64,000 nt of DNA, from contig JASANG010001546.1 of assembly GCA_030248215.1 (NCBI GenBank), forward strand, positions 248,001-312,000, given 5' to 3'. Below are positions 1 to 11,792 of this stretch, piece after piece (the stretch's first letter is position 1; every line of letters begins with the position of its first letter). The notes beneath the pieces are model-generated. The model did not search any database and was not told where the DNA came from. It saw only the letters and a list, made by a program, of their open reading frames with translations. The position numbers were made by a program, and so were the translations under genes. This DNA comes from Enoplolaimus lenunculus. Its lineage: Eukaryota.

Positions 1-35
1 TCGATCGATATTCAGTGGATGAAAAAGGTTTATTT

Positions 36-90
36 ATAATAATAATAATAATAATAATAATTATAATAATAATAATAATAATAATAATAA
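36..90 (+). repeat. (AAT)n microsatellite
   Basis: About 18 AAT units with one interruption. Confidence 0.95.
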
Positions 91-272
91 CTAGTTAACC
101 TGGTTCTACTCGCTATATTTAGGTTCGCGTCGCAACTTGAAACCCATTGAAACAATATGCATACATATTAACAAAACAAACGCCATACAAGTAATTTGGA
201 TACATATATAAAATTCGGTTGCAACGTTGCTCAAAATACGTATGTGGGACGTTCCAGCTTTAATAATATGGA
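91..272 (-). mobile_element. Short non-autonomous Helitron-like element (family N)
   Basis: Minus strand begins A|TC(C/T)ATATTATTAAAGCTGGAA and ends CTAG|T; shares its 5' block with 22871, 23561 and 49841. Confidence 0.6.
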
Positions 273-660
273 TTGGCAGAGGCGTAGGCAGGTTTTTATT
301 TCACGAGAGTATAATTTCACAAAAGATACTTTTATTGACGTCTTGGATGTAGAAAGTTAAGTTCCTGTTAACAATGCTGATTTCGTGTTCCTGCAAATTT
401 CGGGACAGAATACAGCGCTTCTATCTATTGTTTATTCTAAGCCTGAGCCTGAGCCTAACCCTAAGGCCGCGTAGAAAAGTGAACAGGAGCCAATAATGGT
501 TAGAGTTCATGTCAATTTTAAGGGCTTACCAACATAGCTGAAACCTAAGCTTAAGCCAAAGTCATTGCCGAAACCTGTGTCTAATCCTAAGTCTAAACCC
601 AAAGCTAAGCCTTCCAGTCTCTTAGTTCACCAGTCATCCAATGCGCAGCAGCCAACAATT

Positions 661-825
661 AGCATGAACCACGTACTTAAGTTAAGTAAATACTTAAGCT
701 GCTGACTAAATTTGATATACTACATGTAATGACAAAAAATATAAGTATTTACTAAGTCGGCGACTTAAGTAATTACTTAAGTATAACATAAGTAAATGCG
801 TAAGTAAGATTTCAGAAACCCAGCC
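661..825. mobile_element. TTAAG-rich MITE (family P); related ends at 31716, 32102 and 33085-33104
   Basis: Terminus GGCTG(G/C)GTTTC(T/A)GAAA and repeated ACTTAAGT motifs. Confidence 0.5.
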
Positions 826-926
826 ATTGAAATGTGTCAGTTGTTGATTGGATAAAAATTTAGACAATTTTGATTGGTCACACAATGGATTCTTAAAATT
901 TTTTCATTAATTTTCAATTTTGCCAG

Positions 927-1198
927 ATATCACCGTAGCCAATTTGACATCGTACCCTCGTTGGAACTGCGTCACCCATAACGACAGCCCTCCATCAATT
1001 GGTGTGCTTTCTACTCACAGCGCGATCGCAAATGGATTCCCCGCATCTGACAGGGTTGTAAACCCGCCACCTATTCGAAATTTCACCCTCGCAGAACATC
1101 CGGGTCGACCCTTGTCTGTAACAACGTTTGCTCAACCTACTCCATCTCTGCCGCTGAAGGAACCAAGCACCCGTTGTGGTCAACAACAAGATTCAACG
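927..1198 (+). CDS. LMO7: Internal exon of LMO7/Smallish-like gene (upstream exons lie outside the window)
   Basis: TTTTGCCAG acceptor, open frame (ITVANLTSYPRW...QQQDST), ACG|GTGAGT donor; phase-0 end matches the next exon. Confidence 0.7.
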
Positions 1199-2294
1199 GT
1201 GAGTTGAACTAGGCCTGTATAAGATGTCGTGGGGATATTGGAAATGTTCCAATTTCGAAATTTATGTTCAAGATCAATATTGTCAAATGTGTATAGCATC
1301 TATAACCAGTTAGCGATAGGTTTTCAAACTGACAAACTTCTGCAGTTGCGAAATTGAAAACTCTCACTGAAATACGGCAAAAATCAACTGAAGTACGAGA
1401 AAAAGGCTGAATATTAACGAACCTCACCAAATGATACGGGCGTAAACAAGAGAGGATATAGAGAGATATATCAACTCTAGAAATTTTGTGGCGAGACTAA
1501 AAATAACTCACTAAAGCGGGTTAGAATTCATAAACCCTAGTGGTCTAATGATCTTAGCTCCCGTTCAGATTTCTCTATACTAAGAATTTCCTTGAGGGTA
1601 CACACAGGGATCAACCGGATATTAATTTTACCATGTCAGTGTCCACTCTTGACTTGGTTGAAATTGCAGTCGCTACAAAATATCTAGTGTTTCGACATGT
1701 AAAAAGCAATTTTATAATATTTGGAACTACAACCGTAAATATTCGGTATCTGGTAGGTTTATACCGGATGCCGCAACCGGATACGGTTGTCGCTTTTGCC
1801 GATTATTAAACCGGAGCAGGATATCCGGTCGATCCGTGGTTCTTTACTCCCGCAGAAAAATTGCTGACTCCGCTCGTACATCGTGCAGTAGTCGAAATGG
1901 TTTTTGCGTCTGGGCAAAATGTTTCTGCATTTTTAAGCAAAAATATTTCTTAATTACACCGTTCAAACTCACTGCTGTCTATTTAACTTGATTCCGCTAT
2001 CAAAAAGCTGTTTGTTTTCAATTATATTGCATAATTTCGAGAAGTTTTAAGCGCATTTTATATATTTCCTTATTTTCAAAATCAGTTTAGTGGTTTGCTT
2101 TAGAACATTTTGCGCATCTAAAACATTACAACGTTTCTAAATACTGTACGCTAGCGCACGAAATATATTGCACTCTAGAAACAGTAGCAGATCCAGGATA
2201 TTGAGTTAAGAAAGTCTAGATAAATATATACAGACAAGTGCAAAGTTTTTAAACTTTTCTCATATGAATATTTTCAATTTCATTTCAGATCTTG

Positions 2295-2513
2295 AGCCGT
2301 ATATTCTCAAATGTGTGTTGCACCTATAAATGTTAGCGGTAGGTTTTGTAACTTTTGAACCAGTGCATGATGAAGCTCAAAATTCAGCACATTTTTCGCA
2401 TATGATTTGCGTTACTCCTGTACCTATTTTGAGTTAAAAACCTGCAATTAGTGAGATTGAAAACCTGTTACTAACTGATGATAGTTGCTATACGCATTTT
2501 GAAAATATTGGCC
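2295..2513 (+). mobile_element. PIF/Harbinger-like MITE (family A)
   Basis: Terminal inverted repeat (TIR) GGCCCGTATTCTCAAATGTGT; homologous to other A copies. Confidence 0.75.
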
Positions 2514-3197
2514 GTACATTCGTGAAATTCAGCATTGTCTGAAAATAAAATGTTACCGAAATCGGAACATTAATCGGAATTCTACAGGTATATACTCAAT
2601 ATTAAAATTTTTAGATTTTATTCCATTTTTCCGGAAAAAAAATGAAAAAATTCATTTTTTCGGTCGTAATTTTTCCGGAAAAAACAACCCTGATAGTAAA
2701 CATGGTTTTCTGAAAGCAATTCTAAAAATATCGTTTTTCATTTCTTTGAACCGGATCTTTCTACTCATGGAATGCACACGAAAAACCGGGCGTCCGGGGT
2801 GTCATCCGACACCCCGAAGACATTAACCGGATGGTGCTGTATACTCTTAAAAATGTACCAAAACTAAAGTTTCGTATTGGAATTTAAAACATTTAATGCA
2901 AAAATGCACTGGATTGTCGCTCGCGATAATTTTTAAGCAACTTTGTAAGACTTGTGACTCTTGTTTGCGGCTTTCAGTGATTGTATTTTTTGCCAGATTT
3001 CACTTGGATATTTAAACGTTTCAGTATACGAATATTTTCCCATTATTTTAACTGCAATGAATATTTGTTTGCAGTCACTTTTATTGCGAGTTACGCGGAA
3101 TCAAGCAGATAATCAGGAACAGCAATCTTTGCACCATCCTTATGGATGTCGATTTTGCTGTGTAAGAATTAATATACATATATATATATATATATAT

Positions 3198-3600
3198 CAG
3201 GGTGCAACCGGAATTACAATTTACCGGAACCGGAACCGGAATTTGAAAATTTTACCGGAACCGGAACCGGAACCGGAAAGTGAAAAACGCATTTCACGAA
3301 AAATTTCATTTTAATCTTATTTTTTGCTCTATTATTTGTGAAATAACCTTAGTCGAACATAGATATTTATTTTATTTGTTGTATTTTAGATTTTCGTCGT
3401 CGACTGAAGTGAAATCCACCATCAATGGCTTATATTCGGAATACAAGTGGCTTTCTAAAGAGATTCTTAAAGATTAGCAAAGTTAAAAAAACGGCCAAAT
3501 TATAACACCGGAATTTTTAAATCCGGTAAAAATTTACCGGAATCGGAACCGGAAGGTGAAAAAATGCCGGAACCGGAACTGGAATTCCGGTTGCACCCTA
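3198..3600. mobile_element. hAT-like MITE F1 with (CCGGAA)n subterminal repeats, inserted in (TA)n
   Basis: TIR CAGGGTGCAACCGGAATT / AATTCCGGTTGCACCCTA with TA runs on both sides; relatives at 45448-45850 and 38195-38275. Confidence 0.85.
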
Positions 3601-3893
3601 TATATATAATATCGCTAACTGTTGATAGGTGAATGATCATAGGAGAACAAATAAAAGTTTCAAGCTTGTCTAAAATTAACATTCATGTTTTTCTGATCTT
3701 TTCTCCTTTTGGGTTCGAACGAACCATTATGACCCTAAAAGTAATTTATTTGAAAAGTTTCATTTGAGCATCAAAAACATGAGAGAGATGGTGAAAAGCT
3801 CAAATGTGCAAAAATTTTCAAAATCCGACCATTTTTTATGCAACGCCAGTCTGGTGGTTGCATCAACAGGAATTACACTATTTTTTGTTTCAG

Positions 3894-4097
3894 AAATCTA
3901 CTTTGAGCAGCATTCCATACAATCCACCGACATCAAAGCCACCGCCTCCACCGAAGCTTCTAGATAACAACGAAGGATCGACTAAAGCTGATGTTAACAA
4001 GGACTGTTTGTTCGAATCGAGCAAAACCAACTTACATGAACATCCACACCGTCAGGATACAGATCTGATCCAAAAACAACCTTCCCCTGCTGAATCT
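3894..4097 (+). CDS. LMO7: Internal proline-rich exon of LMO7/Smallish-like gene
   Basis: TTTGTTTCAG acceptor, 68 open codons (KSTLSSIPYNPPTSKPPPPPK...PAES), TCT|GTAAGT donor, phase 0/0. Confidence 0.8.
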
Positions 4098-4272
4098 GTA
4101 AGTTTTCTCTAAATTTTAGGCATGTTTATTAAGCCTAAACCTAACCCCGCGTGTGATGGAGTCTACGAGAGCCAGTTCAAATTTTGAATATTGAATTCGA
4201 ATTAATAACTACTGAACGGAGCAACGGTTCAAAAAATAAAGAGTCAAGGGCACACAACACCAAATCCGCTTG

Positions 4273-4494
4273 AGCCCGTATTCTCAAATGTGTGTAGAAC
4301 CTATTACCTGTTGGTGATAGGTGCTGTAATTTTGAAACCAGAACATGATGAGGTTCAAAAATTTAGACCATTGTTCGCGTTTGATTTGAGCTACTTTTGT
4401 ACCAATTTTGAGATCTGAAATTGCAGATGTTCGTCAGTTTGAAAACCTATCGCCAACTGATGATAAGTGCTATACACATTTGAGAATATGCGCC
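4273..4494 (+). mobile_element. PIF/Harbinger-like MITE (family A)
   Basis: TIR as above; 3-bp TSD TTG/TTG. Confidence 0.85.
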
Positions 4495-4685
4495 TTGATT
4501 TGTATTAAACTGTCGTTTTTCAAATAGGTCAGCAAATTTAACCGGAACCTCGAAGAGTGCGCAATACAGGGTCATAGAACACCAGAGGGTCGTCCCTCAG
4601 AGCGACACCCTTTATTCATTCTCGATCCCTGATGGATTTTCACTGAACGCTATAGGATTTTCTTATTTTAAACGCGAATTTTCAG

Positions 4686-7278
4686 GATTTGCTCAAATGC
4701 CAAGAACAATTATTGATTGCACGCGATGAGCTTGTTCTTGTATCTTCAAAACAATCCCACAACAATTTAGATCCAGCGATCCCTCGGTTCGAGCCAGTCT
4801 CTATCACCCAAGAGACGCCACCTAAACCAAATTTTGAAGTTGGCAAGCTATTATCATTGCCAAAACCTTCTACGTTCTGCTCTCACAGTCGTAATTGTAA
4901 TACTGACACAGATTCACAGGAACACGCCTGCGGTGACAGTGATAGGAAAACTCCCCAAGACATCAATTTGCCTAATAACGATTGCTCGTTTAACCTGACC
5001 GACAATGAATTTACCCCCGATATTCAAAATTCAAGTTCAGTTGAATCGAATAATTTCCATTCACTTCAACGGCTGATTCTACACGAACCTCAAAATAAAT
5101 CATTTGAAACGACAGGTCAAATCGTTGTCAACCCATTGGTTTGTGATTCGGAACGTGAAGTTGAATGCATCGAACCAATCACATTTCATTATGACCCTGC
5201 TACGCCTTACGTTCAAGCTTCGTTATTGGCTGGTCCAATTACACATGATTATAGGCAAAATGTCGCGCGACAGGGTAACAATCATTCGATATTGTACCAA
5301 GATAGTGTATCTAGAATTAGCGAAACGTTGCCAGAACTAGAAAATCGATTAAAACCTAAGCATGGACACGTTTGTGATCTGAGTAGCTCATTGAGTTCAG
5401 AACTCAATGACTCGAGCAGCGAGCTTGCGAGCTCAGATAATGAAGACGAGCAGGTTGTAAGCGAAAGAAAATATTCAACTCAAAGTTCAATTGAAAATTG
5501 TGTTGAACGTCGCTGCTCTCTTATAAATCACCAAATTCATGTCGAAGGCACTGTGGTAGTAATTGCAGATGAAATCAACGAGAAAGTTGTTGCCACATTT
5601 CTAGCGCCATCGCGAAAAAATCGAACCAAAAAGCATAAAAATCCACTGAAAATTTCGCTCTGCTCACCAGAAGTTCGACTGGATAGCGCTAATTTGGTTG
5701 AATTTGCGGCTGAGTCCAATAGAAACAATGATCATCTTCAACCAACGGGCGATGAGCACGTAGAATTGCACCAGATGGTCCAATCAGAAGTGATCGGCAA
5801 TGACCAATCACTATCGAGAACAGATGACTGTGAAGTGATCAACCAGTCACAGTCGAGAAGAGACATCGAACAAACCAAACAATCTGAAACTGAAAACTTC
5901 AGTCGGACTGAAGTCGACATCAACCAAACACAATCAAGGACGCATGATGTTGAATTAATCAACCAATCAGATGTGACTAAATGCAATCAAAGTCTGCTTG
6001 ATATCAACGAATCAGAATCGGCAGCGGCGAATAAATTTGACAGAGCCCCAGTACAAAAGCATTTGATAACGTACAACCGAAACGAAACAGCATATTTACC
6101 TTGCAAGCGCTCACCTAATCACAAATCTTCGTTTCACCGTCGAAATTCGCGAAGTAAAAGTCCATCAGCACAGCCTGAAACTCATTGGCTATTGCAGCAA
6201 GCCCAAAATCAACCAGCCAATGATATCGAAGTATATCCCAATTCAGTTGATGGCAGTCAAGAGGTCGAGGGTTTAAATGACAGCGACGAAAATGAATATA
6301 TTATCGAAAACAATCATAGAAAACCATCATTTCCACACGATGTGAACAACAACCGAATAGGCGACCATAAACCGCAGGAATCCCAAGATATATCCGGTGC
6401 TAATAATTGTCCCGGATCAAGAATTTCAAATCAGGATATCAAATCCAAAAATTCCTCGTGTAAAAGCCATTCAAAACAAAATCCCGTTGAAAATTGTAAT
6501 TTTAGTAATCGCCATCGAAACCCGGAAACGAACCATTTAGAACACTGTCGATTTGTCGCGTGCCGTCGAAATATGCCTCACCGAAAATACTCGCCGCTGA
6601 TTGGTGCAAGCTATTGCATCGAAGGACTAGATTTAAATCATCAACCAATCGCTGCGGTCGAATCCGGTATCATTGTTCAAGATCATTCGGTGTTCGTCCA
6701 ATCAAAAGCGCCGCCGCCTCCGCACGCAAAACGAGGCCGATACGGAAAACGTGCACCTCGGCCGTACAGCTACCACGACTATGTTGACCGTCAACGAGAT
6801 GACTTGAATTCTTCGTATCCTCCAGATTTCAATTACGGAAACTTGCGGCCGTGGGAAAATTTGACTGATCACCCGTGGGAAAATTCGTCCGATCGACCGT
6901 GGGAAAATTCGTCTGATCAACCGTGGCAAAACTCAACTGACCGACCGTGCGAGAACTCAATGGGTGATCCCTGGGGACAATCAAACCGACACGGAATCAT
7001 ATGGACTGATGATTCGCCTCAACGACAGAAAGCGTACAACGAAATGGCAGCTTCGAAAAAACCATTTCATGACATCAAATCAAACGACGGGAGAGAAAAA
7101 AGTAGAACAACAGAAGAACAACATCAAACAAAGCCAAATAAACGCAAAGAATCAAAAGCAAAAAGGAACAAACAACATCAACTGCCGTTGACAAATGAGA
7201 CTCACAACAACTCAGACGAATTGCCGCCCGAGCAAGTGAGCAGAAAACAACTCTGTTCTCATTGCCGTAAAGAACTCG
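4686..7278 (+). CDS. LMO7: Giant 2.6-kb exon: low-complexity region plus start of the LIM domain (KQLCSHCRKELG)
   Basis: 871-aa ORF with TTTTCAG acceptor at 4685 and G|GTGAGT donor; ends with the CxxC of the LIM zinc finger. Confidence 0.9.
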
Positions 7279-7585
7279 GTGAGTTATTCCATTTCGCGGG
7301 ATAATAATGTAGAAGAAAGATGTTAGGTTCGACTAACATTGGTTGGATTAAAATCAATTACAGTCCGTAGCCGAATAACAAGGGTACCAGCTGAAGATCG
7401 CTCCTTCCTTTTATTCGGGTGACTACAGTTAAGAATCAGGTGCGTACCCAAGTAGGCGTAAGCTTTGGCATAAGGCTTATCCTAAGTCTTAGCCTAAGCC
7501 TATTTTCAGTGTCTATGTCCTCCGAAAAAAATGTTTCAAAAAATTACACAAATTATTTTAAAAAATATATTTATTTTATTTTTAA

Positions 7586-7848
7586 TCCCTTCTCTCATTG
7601 AGTTGCCTATAGGCAACCCAGCGCAGTGAATATACGTTAACTAATATATATCGCACCGTGTTTAACAGTTGCAACACGTATACATAGTACTAAATCACCA
7701 CAAGACGTGAGAGCCCCCTCGGGCTCTAGCGTCAAGCTCGTATAGCTGAGTGGTGATGGTATACACGTCCCACTCCAGTCACTGGAGTTCGAATCCTAGC
7801 ATAAAAGTAGGTCTCAGGGGAAATAGAAAATATTCATGTGAGAAAGGG
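7586..7848 (+). mobile_element. piggyBac-like 263-bp MITE (family D) with internal tRNA-like cassette
   Basis: TTAA on both sides; TIR (N)CCCTTCTCWCA / TGTGAGAAAGGG; A box TAGCTGAGTGG 7743-7753; B box GAGTTCGAATCC 7785-7796. Confidence 0.88.
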
Positions 7849-7866
7849 TTAATATTTTAATTTTAG

Positions 7867-8031
7867 GTGGAGGTTCAGCAATGATCATCGAATCGCTTTC
7901 GCTGTACTATCATTTATCGTGTTTTTGTTGTTTTGTTTGTGGCGCAAGTTTAGGCAGCGGAGATCATGGTACAGACGTGCGTGTACGAAGCGGTCGATTA
8001 CACTGTCAGCTATGTTACAGCAATGAAGAAA
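7867..8031 (+). CDS. LMO7: LIM domain exon (GGSAMIIESLSLYYHLSCFCCFVCGASLGSGDHGTDVRVRSGRLHCQLCYSNEE)
   Basis: TTTTAG acceptor, A|GTAAGT donor, phase 1/1. The AMIIESL.L.YH..CF.C..C...LG....GTDVRVR...LHC..CY signature is characteristic of LMO7/LIMCH1/Drosophila Smallish (recalled, not searched). Confidence 0.93.
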
Positions 8032-8396
8032 GTAAGTTTTACGTTTATTAAAAATGTCTTAAATGTTGAAACTTTAATTTTTAAATATTTACAAAAATTT
8101 GGATTTAAAATCAAAGGAATTTAACTGTGACAAATGATAAAAAATAACGTAATTTTAAAAATAAGAAATTTCCTAATTTAAAAAATAATGAACATTTAAA
8201 TTTGGGCAATAAATAAACTTTGTTTTGAAGCGTTTTTCGCCTTTTATTGCTTGTCTTAGACTTTTAAAAGTTTAATATTTACAATTAATGAACTTTTTAT
8301 TTAAAAAACATGAATTTATACTACAACGCCGGCAGATGCGTTCAAAAGTGTACAATTTCACATCACTGTGTAGTCGGAATAATTTGCTTAAATTGG

Positions 8397-8668
8397 AGCC
8401 CTATTCACACGTACAAGTTTTTGCTGCGAGAACTTACAGCTGCAAATTGCACAAAGAATTTGCATTTTTTTCATCTGCCAATGAGTAAGCGGCTGCAATT
8501 TATCCAGAGAACTTGCATGCACACTCGTGAACAAAATTTCCAGCTATAAATTTTAATGAATTATTTGTAGCTGCAAGTTTTTCGAACGGGATTTTGGAAA
8601 AAAAACTTGCAAATGAAAGTTGCAGCTGCAAGTTCTCTCAGCAAAAACATGCACGTGTGAATAGAGCT
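8397..8668. mobile_element. Foldback MITE family J (others at about 8808-9068 and 34707-35055)
   Basis: Long TIR CTATTCACACGT(G/A)CAAGTTTTTGCTG(C)GAGAACTTGCAGCTGCAA. Confidence 0.8.
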
Positions 8669-9153
8669 TGTTGCGTCGGTATATTGAGTAAAAAGGTTGT
8701 TAAATTAAAAATATCCTTTGAAAATAGAAATTTCCGCTACAGAAACTTATCCAAAATTACTAACTTTCAAATGCCTCACATAACTCTGACGTAATGGTAA
8801 AGCCATATCCACTCGTGCAAGTTTTGCTACGAGAACTTGCAGCGGCAAATTGCAGTTGTAAGTTTTGTCCGACATCCCGTTCAAAAAACATGAGCTGCAA
8901 TATTTATTAAAAATCATAGCTTTGTAATTTAGTGAACATGTGTGAACAACCATGCAAGGTCACTGAATTTATTGCATCCGATTTCTCATTGCCTGATGAA
9001 AAAATGCAAGCTCTGTGTGCAATTTGCAGCTGCAAGTTCTCGCAGCAAAAACTTGCACGTGTGAATAGTGTATAAAAGTAACTTTTTAAACAATATTTTA
9101 ATATGTGTCACTTCAAAATTTAAAGATATTCAGTTGAATTTTTTATATTTCAG

Positions 9154-9179
9154 CTGGAGTTCAACTCAGCGAAGTTTGA
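9154..9179 (+). CDS. LMO7: Terminal coding exon TGVQLSEV* (class I PDZ-binding-like tail)
   Basis: TATATTTCAG acceptor, phase-1 compatible, TGA at 9177-9179, AATAAA at 9185-9190. Confidence 0.8.
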
Positions 9180-9261
9180 ATTAGAATAAATTGCAAGCAT
9201 TAATATTGAATTTAATTAGGTTGAACTACGCTTGTATGCCAATGACGTTGCTATGTGTGAA

Positions 9262-9426
9262 GGCCAATGTAAAGAACAGGGCCGTAACAGCAGTACTAGC
9301 ATATTCCTAAGCCTCAGCCGGATCGTAAGAATGAGGTTATACCTAAAAACCTAAGCAAAGAATGGTACAGCTTAAACTATTGCAGTCCAAGAGAAAAACG
9401 TTCAGCCACTGATATTTACATGGGCC
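9262..9426 (-). mobile_element. TTAGGC-bearing MITE family B
   Basis: GGCCAATGTAAAGAACAGGG ... TTTACATGGGCC termini with a GCCTAA core. Confidence 0.75.
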
Positions 9427-9591
9427 GGAGCGAAACACAGGGTAGCAATTGCTCATCCAAGCTGGAAGCATTGGACGCCGCTAAGATTTTGGTTTTGGTT
9501 GTAGAAGCTTCTATTTTAGAACAAAATGTGTCGTAAGATAACAGTGATACTATCAGCTATTATGCTTTACAATTATCTAGAAAACTTAGGG

Positions 9592-9843
9592 CACCGTGAA
9601 TTCCAATGAGTGGATTAATCAATTCAGCTAGCGAGCTGGTTATTTCTGAATTAATATCAGTAAACATTAACTCACTTTAAGTTGAGTCGATTCTCATTCC
9701 GAGTTAAGTTGACGCTGGGTGAGTTTGCTAATTAACACAAAATCAATTGAATCAACTCAAAATTCTGAGTTGTGATAGTCCTAGCTCACACTGAGTGACT
9801 CAACTCATTATGAGTTAAAATCAGCTCACTGAAATTTACACTT
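9592..9843. mobile_element. CMC/EnSpm-like MITE family G (others at 22281-22476, 27324-27577, 34196-34446, 39991-40245; partial at 58554)
   Basis: CACTGTAAATTCCAGTGAGTT termini, many AACTCA/TGAGTT motifs, 2-bp TSDs (GG, TT, TT). Confidence 0.75.
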
Positions 9844-10402
9844 GGGGTGCATCAACCGCTTTTTTACTCAGCAACTGACCTTCACAGGTGAAATATATCT
9901 CGGCAACATTATGGTCAGTGCCTTTCCAATCCTCCTGGAGTAATTACTTATACCGTTGATGGGGGCTTAATTAAACCAAGAGCCTAATTTTATATGCGTA
10001 AAAATGATACTAAACCTATTCAGCGAATTTCAACTTTTGTGATGTTTTCGCCTCAAAGTTCACTGTTCGGCAATGATAATAAATAAAATACTGAAGAATT
10101 ATTCTTTTTATGATTGTTTATCGTTTAAATACAAAAATAAATCATATAATTTGGCCAAAATGTTCCGTATGAGAATACCAGCAGGCGAAGATTTACAAAT
10201 TGCAGGGTGCAACCAGATATACGTTTGCGTTATAGAAATACAGGAAATTCCGGTATTTTTCTATTTATAGTTTGAGTTGTAAATTGATTAAAAATCATGT
10301 TTTTCGAGCAAATATGTTAAATTTGATTCATTTGAAATAAAAATAACAAAATTTGTTAAATTTAATTTAGGAAGTTGAATATTTGCATATAAATTTCACA
10401 TA

Positions 10403-10832
10403 CTGTAGTGACCCGAATAAGAGGGGGGCTGATATTGATTTGGCCTGTGGAGAGAGAGTACCCTCTGTTATTCGGTAACGGACTGTTATTTATTTTTAAT
10501 TAGCCCTCCGCCACCCTACGGTACTGATATATAGCCGGTGTTGCAGCTATCCGTTGAATTAAACGTTTTTGCCTTGCATCAAAATTTTGAGCGATAATGC
10601 AAGGTTATACTTAGGAATGTTACTTTCAAAAGTTAAGTACGCTTTAAAATTTCGAACGTAACGTTACTTGGTCTTGGAGTCATTTATGCGCTACAATTAG
10701 GGATAACTGACATTTATGGACTCTAATTAGTGTTTAGGGACTCTCCGCTTACTGACTCCTATTGATTGGGACTCAAAATGGGGACCCCCTCTATTAATTA
10801 TCCTCCGTGTTATCTTATTCTGGTCACTACAG
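10403..10832 (+). mobile_element. Tc1/mariner-like MITE family K (inverted copy at 20399-20820; fragments at about 7350-7428 and 41860-42066)
   Basis: TA|CTGTAGTGACCCGAATAAG ... CTTATTCTGGTCACTACAG|TA. Confidence 0.85.
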
Positions 10833-11792
10833 TATACAAGAGACCAATTTTTTCAGGGACTCATCAGAATCTACGGTCGGTTTTATTTTTCTGCCAACAC
10901 AATTGAGACGTGCAAATGTTCCCTGAACTTTCGAAAATTTTGAAGCAAAAATGGCGGATGCACCGAAATTTTTAAGATTATGGATGAATATCGTAATTCT
11001 TCTTTTAGTTCCGACAATTGTAGCACATCTGTAATGAAAAATTGCGAGAAATTTACGTAATTTATAACTAATTTTGAACGTAAACATAAACGAATATCCG
11101 AATGCCATTAGGATATGAACAAAACGTCATACTCAGGGGGTGCGGTAATACAGTTAACCGATAATAAAAATAGCGGATATTAGATACTTGCCAAAGTCTC
11201 GGAAACAGGATGTGAGAATATTGGGCAGTTTCTGAGGTAAAATAATTTGATAAACGTTTTGTTTCGTCTTGTGTTAGATGGGAAATTAAAAGTGAAAAGC
11301 AGAAAACTTTACACACCTTACAGGGTTGAAAAAACGTATAATAGACAAAGCTATGGAATGTGGATTCCGCAAGGAATTAAATGAACCATAGCTTATTTGG
11401 CCCATGTTACTTTAAAGGGCGTCCCGGTTTCTGGTGGGTCTATAAAAGAGTAGAATTAGATTCAAGATTACATTTTTTGTTTAGGCTTAGGCTTAGGAAC
11501 ACATTTTTGCAGCGCTTAATAGGTTTAGGCTTAGGCTTAAGAATACGCTTGATCTACTGTTACGCCCCTTTAAGCCGTTCATTTTATAGGTCTCGACCAG
11601 CCGTGTGCAACGGTAACATTTTTATGACTGTGTGGCAAAAGGTTCAAGGATTGTGTCTCTTGAAATTATACTGCAAACACGTACAGATTTGAAGACAACG
11701 TACCTTTCAACAGGTCCCATATTTCGTGCATCTGCCTAATTAACAATGCATTCCAACAATCATCCCCTTAGATCCCCGCGTTTTGGCTTATG

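Noticed and set aside
2961..3682. ORFs with PEPEPE / RNRNRN / SGSG (also 19215, 40395, 40562, 63721)
   Set aside because: They come from CCGGAA/CCGGCT repeats of hAT-like MITEs.
5104..7191. Short overlapping alternative-frame and antisense ORFs in the giant exon
   Set aside because: Expected shadows of a long coding exon, with no independent support.
4689..7304. Single-exon 871-aa gene as given by the ORF track
   Set aside because: The TTG start is not a real start; splice sites at 4685 and 7279 and the split LIM domain show it is an internal exon.
7736..7809. Functional tRNA gene (also 40467, 26288, 52304)
   Set aside because: A/B boxes are present but the acceptor and anticodon stems do not pair properly, and most sit in repeats.
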